Below the pieces are notes generated by a model that worked only from the letters and a program-made list of their open reading frames with translations, was not told the DNA's origin and ran no database searches. From Octopus sinensis (lineage: Eukaryota), in the NCBI RefSeq assembly GCF_006345805.1, contig NW_021832430.1, forward strand, positions 310,001-374,000: a stretch of DNA of 64,000 bases, read 5' to 3'. Each line of letters starts with the position of its first letter. Position 1 is the stretch's first letter. Shown piece by piece: positions 1-10,719 of the stretch. Made by a program: the position numbers and the translations under genes.

Positions 1-1418
1 ATTACATTATAAAATCTGATGTTAATATCAATTATTGCAAAGGTATAAGATTCTAATTTTGTTATAAAATTTAGATATTTTAATCAAGACTCAATTTTAT
101 TAACCTCATAATTGATTGATGTTTTTACTAAGCTATTTTTACTTACAAATCATTAAATCGATCCACTGTCTGAAATGTTTATAGACTCTAATAATAGGTA
201 TTTGACGAAATTAGGTAAAACCAATCTAAGTAATAATTCAATTATATGTGTTTCCAAAAGTTTTTATATGATAGGGATTGTCGGCAAACTATTTGGAGCT
301 TTTATTATCAAAATTATTTCACGTTTGAAAAAAATTATTACTTTTAGGATCTAAACATATAATACTAAAATTAGAATTTATTAAATATCATTAATTTGGA
401 AATCTAATTTTATACATACTTGAGCAGTTGATCATGTACTTAATACAAAACATTTAACAATTTATTACTAACGGTCACCCATAATTAACTAAATAAATTA
501 ATTTGGTGATCTCAACCATCTTTGTAGTAACTACACTCTGTTTTGGAACCCAACCAGCGATAATTGTCGTCCAAAGAGTTCTCAATAAATATCAATTTTT
601 TAGCAAGTTGAAGCCAGTAATTATAATATAAAATTAAAGTCTATAGAACATCTGGACTATGTTTTTTTAATGTGTATTATAAAAATCTTTTGTAAATTGT
701 CGAGACATATTTTATAGCAATTTTGTTGTGAATAAATTGATATTTATTAGATAAATCAACAGAAAATAGCTAATAATGCCCTCAAATTCTATCTTTTTGT
801 TAAATAGGACTTGCTGGGAATAATTTTTATATTAGTTAAATTAAAATTTGACTTTGTGAAACCTTTGACTTCGAAAAAAGAGAAATTTGGTATAATATCT
901 ATAGTGTTTATATAAGCTGAAATTTATAGAAATTAAAAAATATGAAAAAATTATAAATTATAAACAAGGTAATTTATAAAATTATAATTTTTAAATATAA
1001 GTGTATTTAATTAAACTATCCAAATTACTAATTATCTGGCTTTATAGATAAGATGGACAATGACCCGGATCGAATATTGAACTTAAATTTAATTAACAAA
1101 TAAATGTGACATACAGAAGAGAAGCTGAAATTAGAGAATTAGAACAACGAAATTAATTATCAAGAACCGAAAAAATAATAAGTTATTATTATGTTTTTTT
1201 GATCTTTGAAGCACTTTCGAGAAATAAGTGACAAATAGTTATTGTCGTAAGTTATAATGTCTAGGCCCGTTCTAAGTGTCCGGAGTGATAAATCGGATTT
1301 ATCACTCCAAATCATCTAAATTCTTTGTTTAAAATCTGAAATTCTTAATGATTACTTTTGTTAATTCAATAATTTTTTAAATTATTAAAATTTGAAAAAA
1401 GTAACTCAGTTAAAAAGA

Positions 1419-1860
1419 ACTCGATCGGGGAGATGGCAAAAGGCCTGACGGGATGACAATATTCCCGTACTCGTCGGGGAAGGCCCTTGTATGGGATGTC
1501 ACCGTTGTGGATACCTTTTCGAAATCGAGGATCCATTCTTCTGCGGCAAACCCTTGTTCGGCTGCAAACCACGCCGAAAAGATGAAAATACACAAATATT
1601 CTTCGCTCGCGGACCGCTACCGCGTTACGGCAATCGCCCTGGAGACCGCTGGAGTTGCAGGAAAGGAGACTGACTCCTTCCTCAAAGAGGTCGGGCAGTC
1701 CATCGGGAGAAGGCTCAAGGACTCGAGAGAGAGCCTCTGGTTCCGCCAGCGCATCGGCCTGGCCATTGTCCGGGGCAACGCACACTGCGTCCTCGCCGCT
1801 GGAACTTAACGATTTTCGGTGTTATTTGTCTAAAAAAATGAACGAGTTAAAAAAAAAAAA
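1419..1860 (+). mobile_element. 5'-truncated CRE-like retrotransposon (RLE domain only) nested in the Ginger element
   Basis: LDRGDGKRPDGMTIFPYSSGKALVWDVT...ETAG...RIGLAIVRGNAHCVL, followed by an A-rich tail. Near-identical to the reverse complement of 22060-22480. Confidence 0.9.
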
Positions 1861-2364
1861 GTTAAAAAAAACGCGGAAATTAAACAAAGAAATTTTCATC
1901 AATCAGGTGATTGAGCGTCATAGTAACGAACATAAAAATGTAAGATTACTCTATGCGAATTTTTTTTCACAATTAACCTCAATTAATTCAATTCAAATCC
2001 TTTAGTTTTATAACTATTTGTTGATTGCTAAAAAGACTATAAAATATAGATATTGACTAAATCGAAAACCGAAACTAAACATAAAAATAGATAATAAAAT
2101 TTACAAACATTGTCCCAAACAGTCTCGTATAATATAAATTCAGTTTTCAACAGAGTCTGTATTCAACCGCTACATATGATTCTGTGCAAACTCTTCCGGT
2201 CCTTATTTATGTGACGAAAAGGGTTTAGACGAGATGACCTTCTTCCAGTATAGAAGCAACGTCTCCTATGTCGAATAAAACAAAGCAAAAGTTCACTTAT
2301 ATTATGAAACAATTTTTAAAGAAACATTACAAATTGATTGAATATAAAATGAAAATGTAATTTT

Positions 2365-3681
2365 TTAAAAGTTAATTTTTTTAATCATTGACTTTGGAAT
2401 TGTCTTCCTTTCACCAGATGTGCAATTCTCAACGAGAACGGAATGCAGAGAAACTTCTTCCACTACTAGAAATAGTTCCTTGCTAAAAAAACTAGTGAGT
2501 GGATATTTTCTTGCTTTTATATTTTTATCGAAATCAATTTTAATTGTAACATTATCTCCAATTGTGATATCTTTTTTTCGAAAATTTTTATTTGCGTCTT
2601 CTGTAACTTTTCTTTTATACTTTTCATTATGAGTTTTTACTTCTGTAACTGCGCCTCCACATGGCAAAATATTAAAACCCGATATTCCGTAAAATAGACT
2701 GAGTAAATAAAAAGAGACTAACCAAAATGGTGACTTTCCAGTTGCGCGATGACAAGTTATGTTGTATTTATACACCACCTTCTGTAGAATTTCTCTCCAC
2801 CTTATAGATTCTGTTGCGAACAAAGTCTTCCCCAACCAACGTTTGAGAGTTTGGTTATATCTTTCTATTTGTCCTTGAGATTGTGGGTGCCTTGGTCATC
2901 CATATATCGGAGTTATTTTCCAATCATCAAAAAGTTTTGAAACTTCTTTGTTGCGGAATTCCTTTCCATTGTCCGAATGAAAATAAATTGGAGGACCGAC
3001 AGTCTGGAATAAACTCTCAATTGCATTATAGATGCTTTGTGATGTTTTATTCTCTAACGCGAATGACCATGCAAACTTTGTGTATGCATCGATGACAGTA
3101 AGTATCCATTTAAAATTGTCATTATTTGCAGAATACCGCCTTAGAACTATACAGTCGGCGATAAAGCTTTCGTATTTTTTTTCCACAGAAATCATTCTGA
3201 TATTTTCACAAGTACTTAAAGAGTTAAATGATTGGCACGGTATGCATTTTGATACAAAATCACGAATTATACATTGTTTAATTTCAATATATTTTTGAGA
3301 AATTAGATAACACATTTTATTGAACCCAGGATGTCCTTCATTATGTTCATCACAAAGAATAGATTGAATCCTTTCATGTTCAAAAGGACATATAACAATT
3401 TTACGTGTTCCTGATTTGGAATAAGAGAATAATTGATCGTCTGCAAAATGAAGAGTTTTACACTTTCTTCGAATTGTTCGCTTTTTGGTTTCTGTCATTC
3501 CAGGTTCATATTTTTTAGACAATAGATATAGTAAAATAGAATCATATTCTCCTTTGCTATTGATGTGTATCGAGCGCACCATGAACAGTTTAAAAAACGT
3601 GAAACTGTTAAATAAAAATTTAAACTTTTTAATATAAAAATCTGGAAAAAATATAGACATTTTATCCCCAATTCGACCCAT
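2365..3681 (-). pseudogene. Ginger2 integrase/transposase (HHCC zinc domain + rve DDE core), one premature stop, one 24-nt intron
   Basis: HNEGH...CIPC zinc motif, WILTVIDAYTKFAW, HSDNGKEF, then G*PRHPQSQGQIERYNQTLK in the same frame (TGA at the 2896 ORF end). Candidate intron 2699-2722 (GTTAGT...CTCAG) restores KSPFCLFYG. Confidence 0.85.
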
Positions 3682-3913
3682 TTCCTATCTAATTCAACAA
3701 AAATAAAATTTCAATTTTTTTGCCTACCAGAAAAACATGCGGGTACATTTTACCAATAATTTCATCCGTATCCCCGTATAGGACGTTATTTAACCAAAAT
3801 TAGGCGACACAAATAAAATTTATTCCCAAAATCATAATGATTTGGAGTGATAAATCCAATTTATCACTCCGGACACTTAGAACTGGCCCGGACGCTATAA
3901 CTTACGACAGTTA

Positions 3914-4277
3914 TTAACTAACTAAATTCCCGGCCTCGTAAATGGAAACACAGTTTCCACGTACTATAGCCAAGGAAATCCTTTCGAGAAGCCACTTGGA
4001 CTCGCGTGGGTCTCCCCGTTTATGGGAGATCATGCGGCCAAGCTTTTTCAGAAAGGAAAGAGACTTTTCGCCGATGACGCCGGAAGTCTCGACGGCGATG
4101 GGAGTGAACAGATACCGTTCAGAGAGCTCCTTGTACTTTCCAATCTTCATCTTCTCGGTTTTGCGAGAGACTGAGCCAGCCTCGACAGCTGAAGAAGGAA
4201 GGTTGAGCTCCGAGAAAGTGTCTGAACACGTCGCATCCCATAACAGAGACTTACCGAACTCAAACGGGAATTTTTAA
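3914..4277 (-). mobile_element. CRE-like 3' fragment (RLE); its 3' UTR is displaced by the Ginger insertion
   Basis: FPFEFGKSLLWDATC...PIAVETSG...WLLERISLAIVRGNC. Stop codon abuts the Ginger TSD; the continuing UTR and A-run lie left of 1242 (about 1190-1242). Confidence 0.85.
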
Positions 4278-5109
4278 ATTAATTATGTTTATTTTTAAAA
4301 TTTTTAAAAGAAATTCCAAAAAGACTAAAATTTTTCGAAAAGCTTGACTTGATTTTTTTTGGATTATAAACAGTGGAACGAGAAGATATGTTGAATTATC
4401 CTTCAGGTGAAAGTCTATTTTATATTTAAAAAAGGATTCATACTTGTAAATATGTCTTTAAATTCAAAAAGTTTATCTTTCACGTTCATTTATATCAATT
4501 TTTGTGCGGATATTATTCAAGAGGATTTCAAAAAGTACTTGATCGTATGTTTACACAACAATTATGACTTTTTCGGTATTAAATCAATTTTTCTTGGTGA
4601 ACCAATATTGATACAAAAATAGAGCTTCCGAAATAAAGTAGAAGTAATGGTAAACTTTCCAGGTATCAAAATCTAATTAGTATTGTTTGAGCACCATTGA
4701 TTAAAAAATACGCTAACTTTCAAAAAAGCCAAATTCGAACTGTTTAGACAGCATGACAAATTTACATTAATAGTAGATGAACTTTCGCTTTAAACAGTTT
4801 TTTTATAAACAAGCATCGATTAAAACGCTACTGAGAAAAGGAATAAACAACGATCTTCTGAATAGGAAAATGGTATTGTCAAACAACTTTGTTTAAGAAA
4901 TTTCTTATTTAACTAAAATGATGCTTTAAAACATAGTTTAAACAATTTTCCACTCCAATGAATTGATAATGGGTTTTCCGCCAATTATCAACAATTCGAC
5001 CAATTGAATTTTGAAGATTTCTAATGTAATTAGCTAATTGAGATCTTGAGATTCGACCAATTGAATTGCGTAATTTATTTTAATTGAAGATTGCCAATGT
5101 AGTCAGATT

Positions 5110-6715
5110 TTTTTCACATCTCAATACGTTAAGAAAGGTACTTGTTCTGGTGATGCTGGACCTTTTATAAGAGCCTGCGAAGGAATTCCTGTCTTTGAGC
5201 CACCGTGAGTTCAGGGTGTCAGATCTACCACTGATACTGTCTGGGGACATAGGTGGCGTTGTGCTACGTAGCGAAGATTCGAGAAAATTGTGGGAATCGA
5301 TATGTCGAGAGCTTTTGACACAATTCGCTGAGGGAAACTTTCATTCTCCGAACACAAGATTTTCCCGTTTGCTTCATCCGAAGGGTCCTCGCAAGATTGA
5401 TTTGCCACTTCAGCCAACTGACTGGTTGCCGTAATGAATTCCTCTTGAGACGTATGGATTCCATGCCTATGTTCCACCACAATTGCCTCCAATGTCTTCT
5501 TCATGACAAGTCCCTGAATGTACGTTCTTGTCGGGCCTTCAACGGATAACTTCTCCATATAGGCTTTGTAACACGTTGAAACCACCCCGTCCCACGTCAG
5601 CACAATCGGAATAATTCGGACTGGTGCCCCGTAAAGCATCTTTAGTTCTCCAGCCAGCAAATCGTACTTATGCAATTTCTCAACTTCGGTTTGTTTGAGT
5701 CTCTCCTGCGATGTAATCTCCATCTCAATTATGGTGATCTCATTCTTCAATCTGTCATAGATAAAGATATCTGGCTTATTGAACTGAACTTGCGTATCAG
5801 TCAATATTGGCGTATCTACTCTTATCTCAACATTTCGAGCCGATAAACTAGACTGTACTGAGTGAGACTTTAGTTTCCCAGTTTTCTTTATTCCAAACTG
5901 TCTGCATACGTGCAAATGGATGCATCTAAAAACCTCATTGTGCCTTCTCACATAGTCACTGTTTAGCATTCTGTTGCACCGTGTAGCCATGTGGTCTACT
6001 GTCTTCTTAGCTTTTTTGCAATGATCACACAGCGCACCACGCGCAGAAGAAAAAAACAAATTTATATCTTGCAAGAGGCAATACAAAGCTTCACTCCTTA
6101 GTGTATTGTTCCCTTTGTACAGCCACTCGCTAGACATTTTGAGGTCGGAGTTAGAGTCTTCTTTAAACCTGAATAGGACAGAATGGAGTGACTTGTTTTT
6201 TATTTTGTTGGAAAAATATTGTACATAAGCCTCTTTCAGGGATTTGTCAGTGATAGATTGTTTATCAGTCAATCCATATTTAGAGGCAAGAAATCCTGCG
6301 ATTGTCGCCATATGCGGTTTTTCTTTTTTAATAACCCGCAGGATCCCCGACCTTCTGAGACAGATAGCCGACTTCTTCTCCAAGGTTTCCAGAAAATGAA
6401 GCAGCATTAGTTCACTTTTAAAAGCAATTGATGTCAACCCCCTTCCCATGCTCTTTCTTGAGAGGTATAGCCGCTCTTTATTGGCTGGCTTCAGGTGTAT
6501 TTTCAGTGTTGTAAGTAATCTTCGTATTTGGAGATCAATATCGTCAAATTCGAAAGGTTCAATATTGATTAGCCCAATGTAGTAATTATATAAAGACAGG
6601 GCATACTCGTTGATTGTTTTGAAGAGGTTCACTGAGTTTAGTTTAGTCCTTGCTAATCCAGCTGAGAAGCAAAAGTAAGTTGTCTTTAAATTCTTTAAAT
6701 TCATATGGATAATTT
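5110..6715 (-). mobile_element. 5'-truncated R4/Dong-like non-LTR retrotransposon (post-RT region, CCHC, RLE); ORF 5211-6704
   Basis: KLNSVNLFKTINEYA, RLYLSRKSMGRGL, CDHC...TVDHMATRC...YVRRHN, KPDIFIYD...IIEMEIT, KYDLLA, IPIVLTWDG. RT core absent. Confidence 0.85.
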
Positions 6716-6732
6716 ATCCATTTAAAATGGTT

Positions 6733-7722
6733 TGATGAAAACCAACCAATAACTACAAGTTAATTAATTAAAAGCTTCAAGTGCGGGAAGCCGACGCGAT
6801 CGAGAAAGAATTAGAGCGAGAAAGAATTACATTACGTGCCCTCTGAGTTATCATCGGCGGTCGTAAAGTGGCACTCGCTAGGACTGGAAATCCCAGAGGA
6901 TCAGCATAAGCAATTTGTTTGGGACGAAGTCCGCCTACAATCCCGAATCCAATCTTTACGTACATCTTTCGACCAACACCGCTTGGCCTGCTTTGAGACG
7001 GCATGTCGCCCTCACAGCGGAGCCTGGCTAAATGCCACTCCACTGCCGAGCATTGGGAACCTTCTGGACTGCGAGTCCGTACGCACTGGAATCTGTTTAC
7101 GTCTCGGTCTTCGCCTATGCGAGCCACATGTCTGCCGCTGTGGCGCGAAAATCTGTCGCTTTGGATTGCACGCTCTATCGTGCAGACGCAGTGCTGGCCG
7201 CATCCCGCGTCACGCCGCTCTTAACGACCTTATCAGGAGAGCCCTGGAAGTCGCCGGAATCCCCTCCCTGCTTGAACCCACTGGGATCGATCGGGGGGAC
7301 GGAAAAAGGCCTGACGGGATAACTGTGTTTCCTTTCAACAGGGGGAAGCCTCTCACCTGGGATGCCACGTGTGTGGACTCTTTCTCGCCTCAGAACCTGC
7401 TGATGTCGGCCTCCGCTCCTGGATCTATTGTCACAACCGCGGAATGCAAAAAGATGCGGAAGTACTCCTCACTTACGGAGAAGTTCCAATTCCTTCCATT
7501 CGCGGTTGAGACTTCCGGTTCCTTGGGCAGTAAGGCAATCAGCTTCGTTCAGGAGATCGGATCCCGCATGTCTGCCATCACAGGCGACGCCCGCGAATCG
7601 AGATGGTTTTTCGAGCGGATATCCCTTGCGATAGTACGCTCTAATTCTTTCTTGATCGCGTCGGCTTCCCGCACTTGAAGCTTTTAATTAATTAACTTGT
7701 AGTTATTGGTTGGTTTTCATCA
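6733..7722 (+). mobile_element. 5'-truncated CRE-like retrotransposon capped by an inverted copy of its own 3' end; 13-14-bp TSD
   Basis: ORF 6836-7678 has CCHC and RPDG/WD/ETSG RLE motifs. 6733-6818 is the reverse complement of 7637-7722 (86 bp, 1 mismatch). ATCCATTTAAAATG occurs at 6716-6729 and 7722-7735. Confidence 0.93.
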
Positions 7723-7741
7723 TCCATTTAAAATGAACTAG

Positions 7742-7975
7742 GACATACATCCAGTGGGTTGTGCTGTAGAGAACGCTGGAGAGTATGCTCACTAAACACA
7801 GACACGGAGTGAAAGTTGACAACGAAAAGTAGGCTTCTGCCGTCAATCAACTTGCGAGCTGGAATATCGCGAGGAAACTCAGCTGACAAAAACCTTGACG
7901 CAGAAATGAAAAATGAAAGCAAGTTTGTGGCAAAACTCTTCGTCCAAGCGAGAAAGAGAAATCACTGATGATCTG
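7742..7975 (+). mobile_element. Degenerate R4-like 3' fragment
   Basis: Translates TYIQWVVL*RTLESMLTKHRHGVKVDNEK*ASAVNQLA, homologous to TYIQGLVMKKTLEAIVVEHRHG in the 5211-6704 ORF. Confidence 0.7.
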
Positions 7976-7979
7976 GATT

Positions 7980-8230
7980 CTCATTAAACTGTTTCCCCGG
8001 ATGATGGCAATCGAGAACCGTTGCATTAGCCAGTTCGCCTCCCGAGGATCATGGGTGCGCATTGAGATTTTGGCTCCGAGCTTGCGAAGAAACTTTTCTG
8101 TTTTTGGACCGAGAGCACCCGACGTCTCCGCCGCGATCGGCACCACGGAAAACTTCTCCGAGAGGGCAGAATATTTTAAAAGCTTTAAATCTTCAGCCTG
8201 AAGTAGGTTTTCTGGTGTCAAGATCAAGAG
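7980..8230 (-). mobile_element. CRE-like RLE fragment
   Basis: AEDLKLLKYSAL...PIAAETSGALGP...WLMQRFSIAIIRGNS. Confidence 0.8.
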
Positions 8231-8607
8231 GATTTTTCCCCATTATTTTGCGTTTTAAAGGATCGGAACAGCGATTGAATTTATTTCACGGACGTTTTTT
8301 ATTTTAAGGAGTAATGGTTAGATTGTGATTTACGTGTATTATTTGTTTACTATAACATTAACTTTTTTTAACATTTGTATGTAAAGCAAATAAATGGCAT
8401 TCAATTCCTCTAGGATCACATGATTTTTATTTTTTAGGTAGGCAATCTTTACCTTTGTAGGTTTTCCAAATACGAGAGTAACTACCTTTACCCGAATCTT
8501 TGTTTGATTAACATAATTCTCGGATCTAACTGAAAAATTAATCAAAATGATTATTTTACTAAAAAAAACTATTTGGTAGTATTTTCATTAATTCTACTAA
8601 ATCAGGA

Positions 8608-9987
8608 TTATTGCTCAAAAAGAGAATAAAGAAATGAGCGAGCTCGCTTGGTCAAATCAGCGTCCCCAACCGTCCGCACCTTCGAGAAAAGAAAATTGCC
8701 ATCCGCTCTCTTGTCGACAATATCCCTCAATGTGGAAGAACTCATCACAAGATGACAACGCGGACCACTCAACTTCAACTTCTCAGAATCCAAATGAAAC
8801 TGAGGATTGTCCGACCGAAAGTCAATAGTCCACGTAACATTCACATCTTTGATCACTTACCCTCACAAACCATCGAATTTAATCGAAAACCGTCCCTTCA
8901 CTGAAGAAACCCCCTTGGCTGTGACCAATCCGTTCACTTGGTGGAGGAGAGCCTTCACGGAACTCTACATTTGACCTCCCCAAACACCAACTGTCTTTGC
9001 GATCTGTCCTCTGGCACGTACAGTCGCCTCAGCACTTCCCGTGAACAGATTAGGCATCAGCGGTGTCGACGTGTCGTCTACAAATATGGAAAAAGGAAAC
9101 CTCTAAGGGTATAGTACTCCAACTTTGAGCTATCGTCTAACACCAAGTCCTCGGCCAAACAGAAATTTCCTGTGAAGTCACGGGGGTCCTTGAGAACGAT
9201 TTTGACGAGGGCATCGGCCATCAAGTCGGGGGAGCAAGCATGTGTGATAAAATGCTTCCCAAAAATATGCTCAGTCGTGTTAGTGTCTATGACTGAGGAC
9301 TTTTCGAGGAGGGCAAACCATATTTCGACCAAAGGGAATTGACTGCCACTCCCTTCTCCCTAAACAACCCCGACAGACCACTCGTGAGGAGTGACTGGCC
9401 ATACTTAGTCAAAGCAAAGACTGAAAATGTCAGCACTGATTTACGTGAGTTTCCTCCGAACCACTTCGGGTCAGTGTCCATAGGCGGGGATATGTTGACT
9501 ACGTGGGCTCCTTTTCCATTTCTTTCCAAGTATTTGATTGTCTCCCTTATACTACGGGGAGTCAGTAAACAGAATACCAGTTGTATGGTCCGAGCATGTT
9601 GATGTTGTACATTAAATTAAAACTGGTCAAATCTAGGTCGGAGAGTGCTCGCAGTTTGGTGGATGCGCAGGAATTGACGAGGATGTCGAGCGAGTCAAAC
9701 TTTTTAAGTGCAGTGGCCAAGGCGTCCTGGATTAGCTGAGGACGACGCACGTCGAGGAAACAGGCGATGGCTCTCTCGGCTCCGCAGAAGTGGTTGACTA
9801 GAATTTTTAGTTGGATCAAACTTTCTTGGGCAACTGAGAATATTGTTCCTTCGAGGAATCGGTGGGGACTTATTGTCTTGCCTGTGATGATTACGTTGGC
9901 CCCATTTTGGGCTAATTTGAGTGCGATTGCCTTGCCAATTCCACGAGTAGAGCCTGTGATGAGTGCTGTCTTGCCCGAAAGACTCAT
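8608..9987 (-). CDS. HSDL2: HSDL2-like short-chain dehydrogenase with C-terminal SCP2 domain; about 7 micro-introns of 23-27 nt
   Basis: MSLSGKTALITGSTRGIGKAIALKLAQNGANVIITGKT...H..LEGTIFSVAQE, LDILVN, NISPP, AVNSLW, DFTGNF, SCP2-like tail. GT-AG introns (e.g. 9798-9821, 9421-9444) join the frames. Confidence 0.85.
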
Positions 9988-10719
9988 CACCACTCAATAG
10001 TTTTATTAATAATTAAAATAAAGATAAAAGAGACTAAAATATTAAACATAATAATATTTCGGATTCGGTTAACTCATACTTAATTTGCCTATTAGCATGC
10101 GGAAATAGAGGGGAGAGCCTCTAAGAGTGTAGAACCTCTAAGTGTTAAACCTCAAGGCGGTTTCTTCAATGAAGGAGTCGGTTTGCGATTATTTACATTG
10201 ATTAATTCCGCATACATGTCCCTTTTTACTCCTTTCCGTCTCGCATGAAAGTAGTTAATTTCCTAATTGTTTGTTAAATCTAAGTTTCTGCAACTTTTTG
10301 ATGCTGAAACCGGGTTTTTGACATCAAAGATAAAGCAACAGAAAAACTTCATCACAGGTTTAATATTTTTAGTTTCTTAGGTATTCATGGATGCTGCTTT
10401 TTTGTGTTAATTAAACTAATAAAATTTGTTTTAATTCATAAAAGTGGTTATAGGTACCATGCGTATTTAAATAATTTAATGAATATTTTAAATGTTGCAA
10501 CCTAGTGAGTGATTCCAGTTTTTAAATGCTTGAATTTGCATCCAATCCATCTGTTATTTATGATCCATATATTTTATTAGAGTATAATTTGCGAGAAAAA
10601 AAATAATCAAAAAAATTAATTATTTGTGCGTAAGGCCATTATGGCATCTAGAAGTTCGTCAAATGCGTTGTTCAACTTGCTTACTTGTCTTCTCCAGAGA
10701 AATTCGAAAAAAAATTGTT

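Larger units (their letters stand above)
1243..3909 (-). mobile_element. Ginger2/Tdd-like DNA transposon with 73-bp TIRs and 5-bp TSD
   Basis: Starts TGTCGTAAG (1243) and ends CTTACGACA (3909). 1243-1315 is an imperfect reverse complement of 3837-3909. GTTAT flanks both sides (1238-1242, 3910-3914). Encodes a retroviral-type integrase on the - strand. Confidence 0.92.

Noticed and set aside
4990-5105. Imperfect tandem duplication ATTCGACCAATTGAATT
   Set aside because: Two short copies only, consistent with local slippage next to a retroelement 3' end.
10090-10220. Short inverted repeat ATGCGGAA/TTCCGCAT and tandem CCTCTAAG upstream of HSDL2 as a structured ncRNA or SL RNA
   Set aside because: Only 8-bp arms; no donor plus Sm-site arrangement could be identified.
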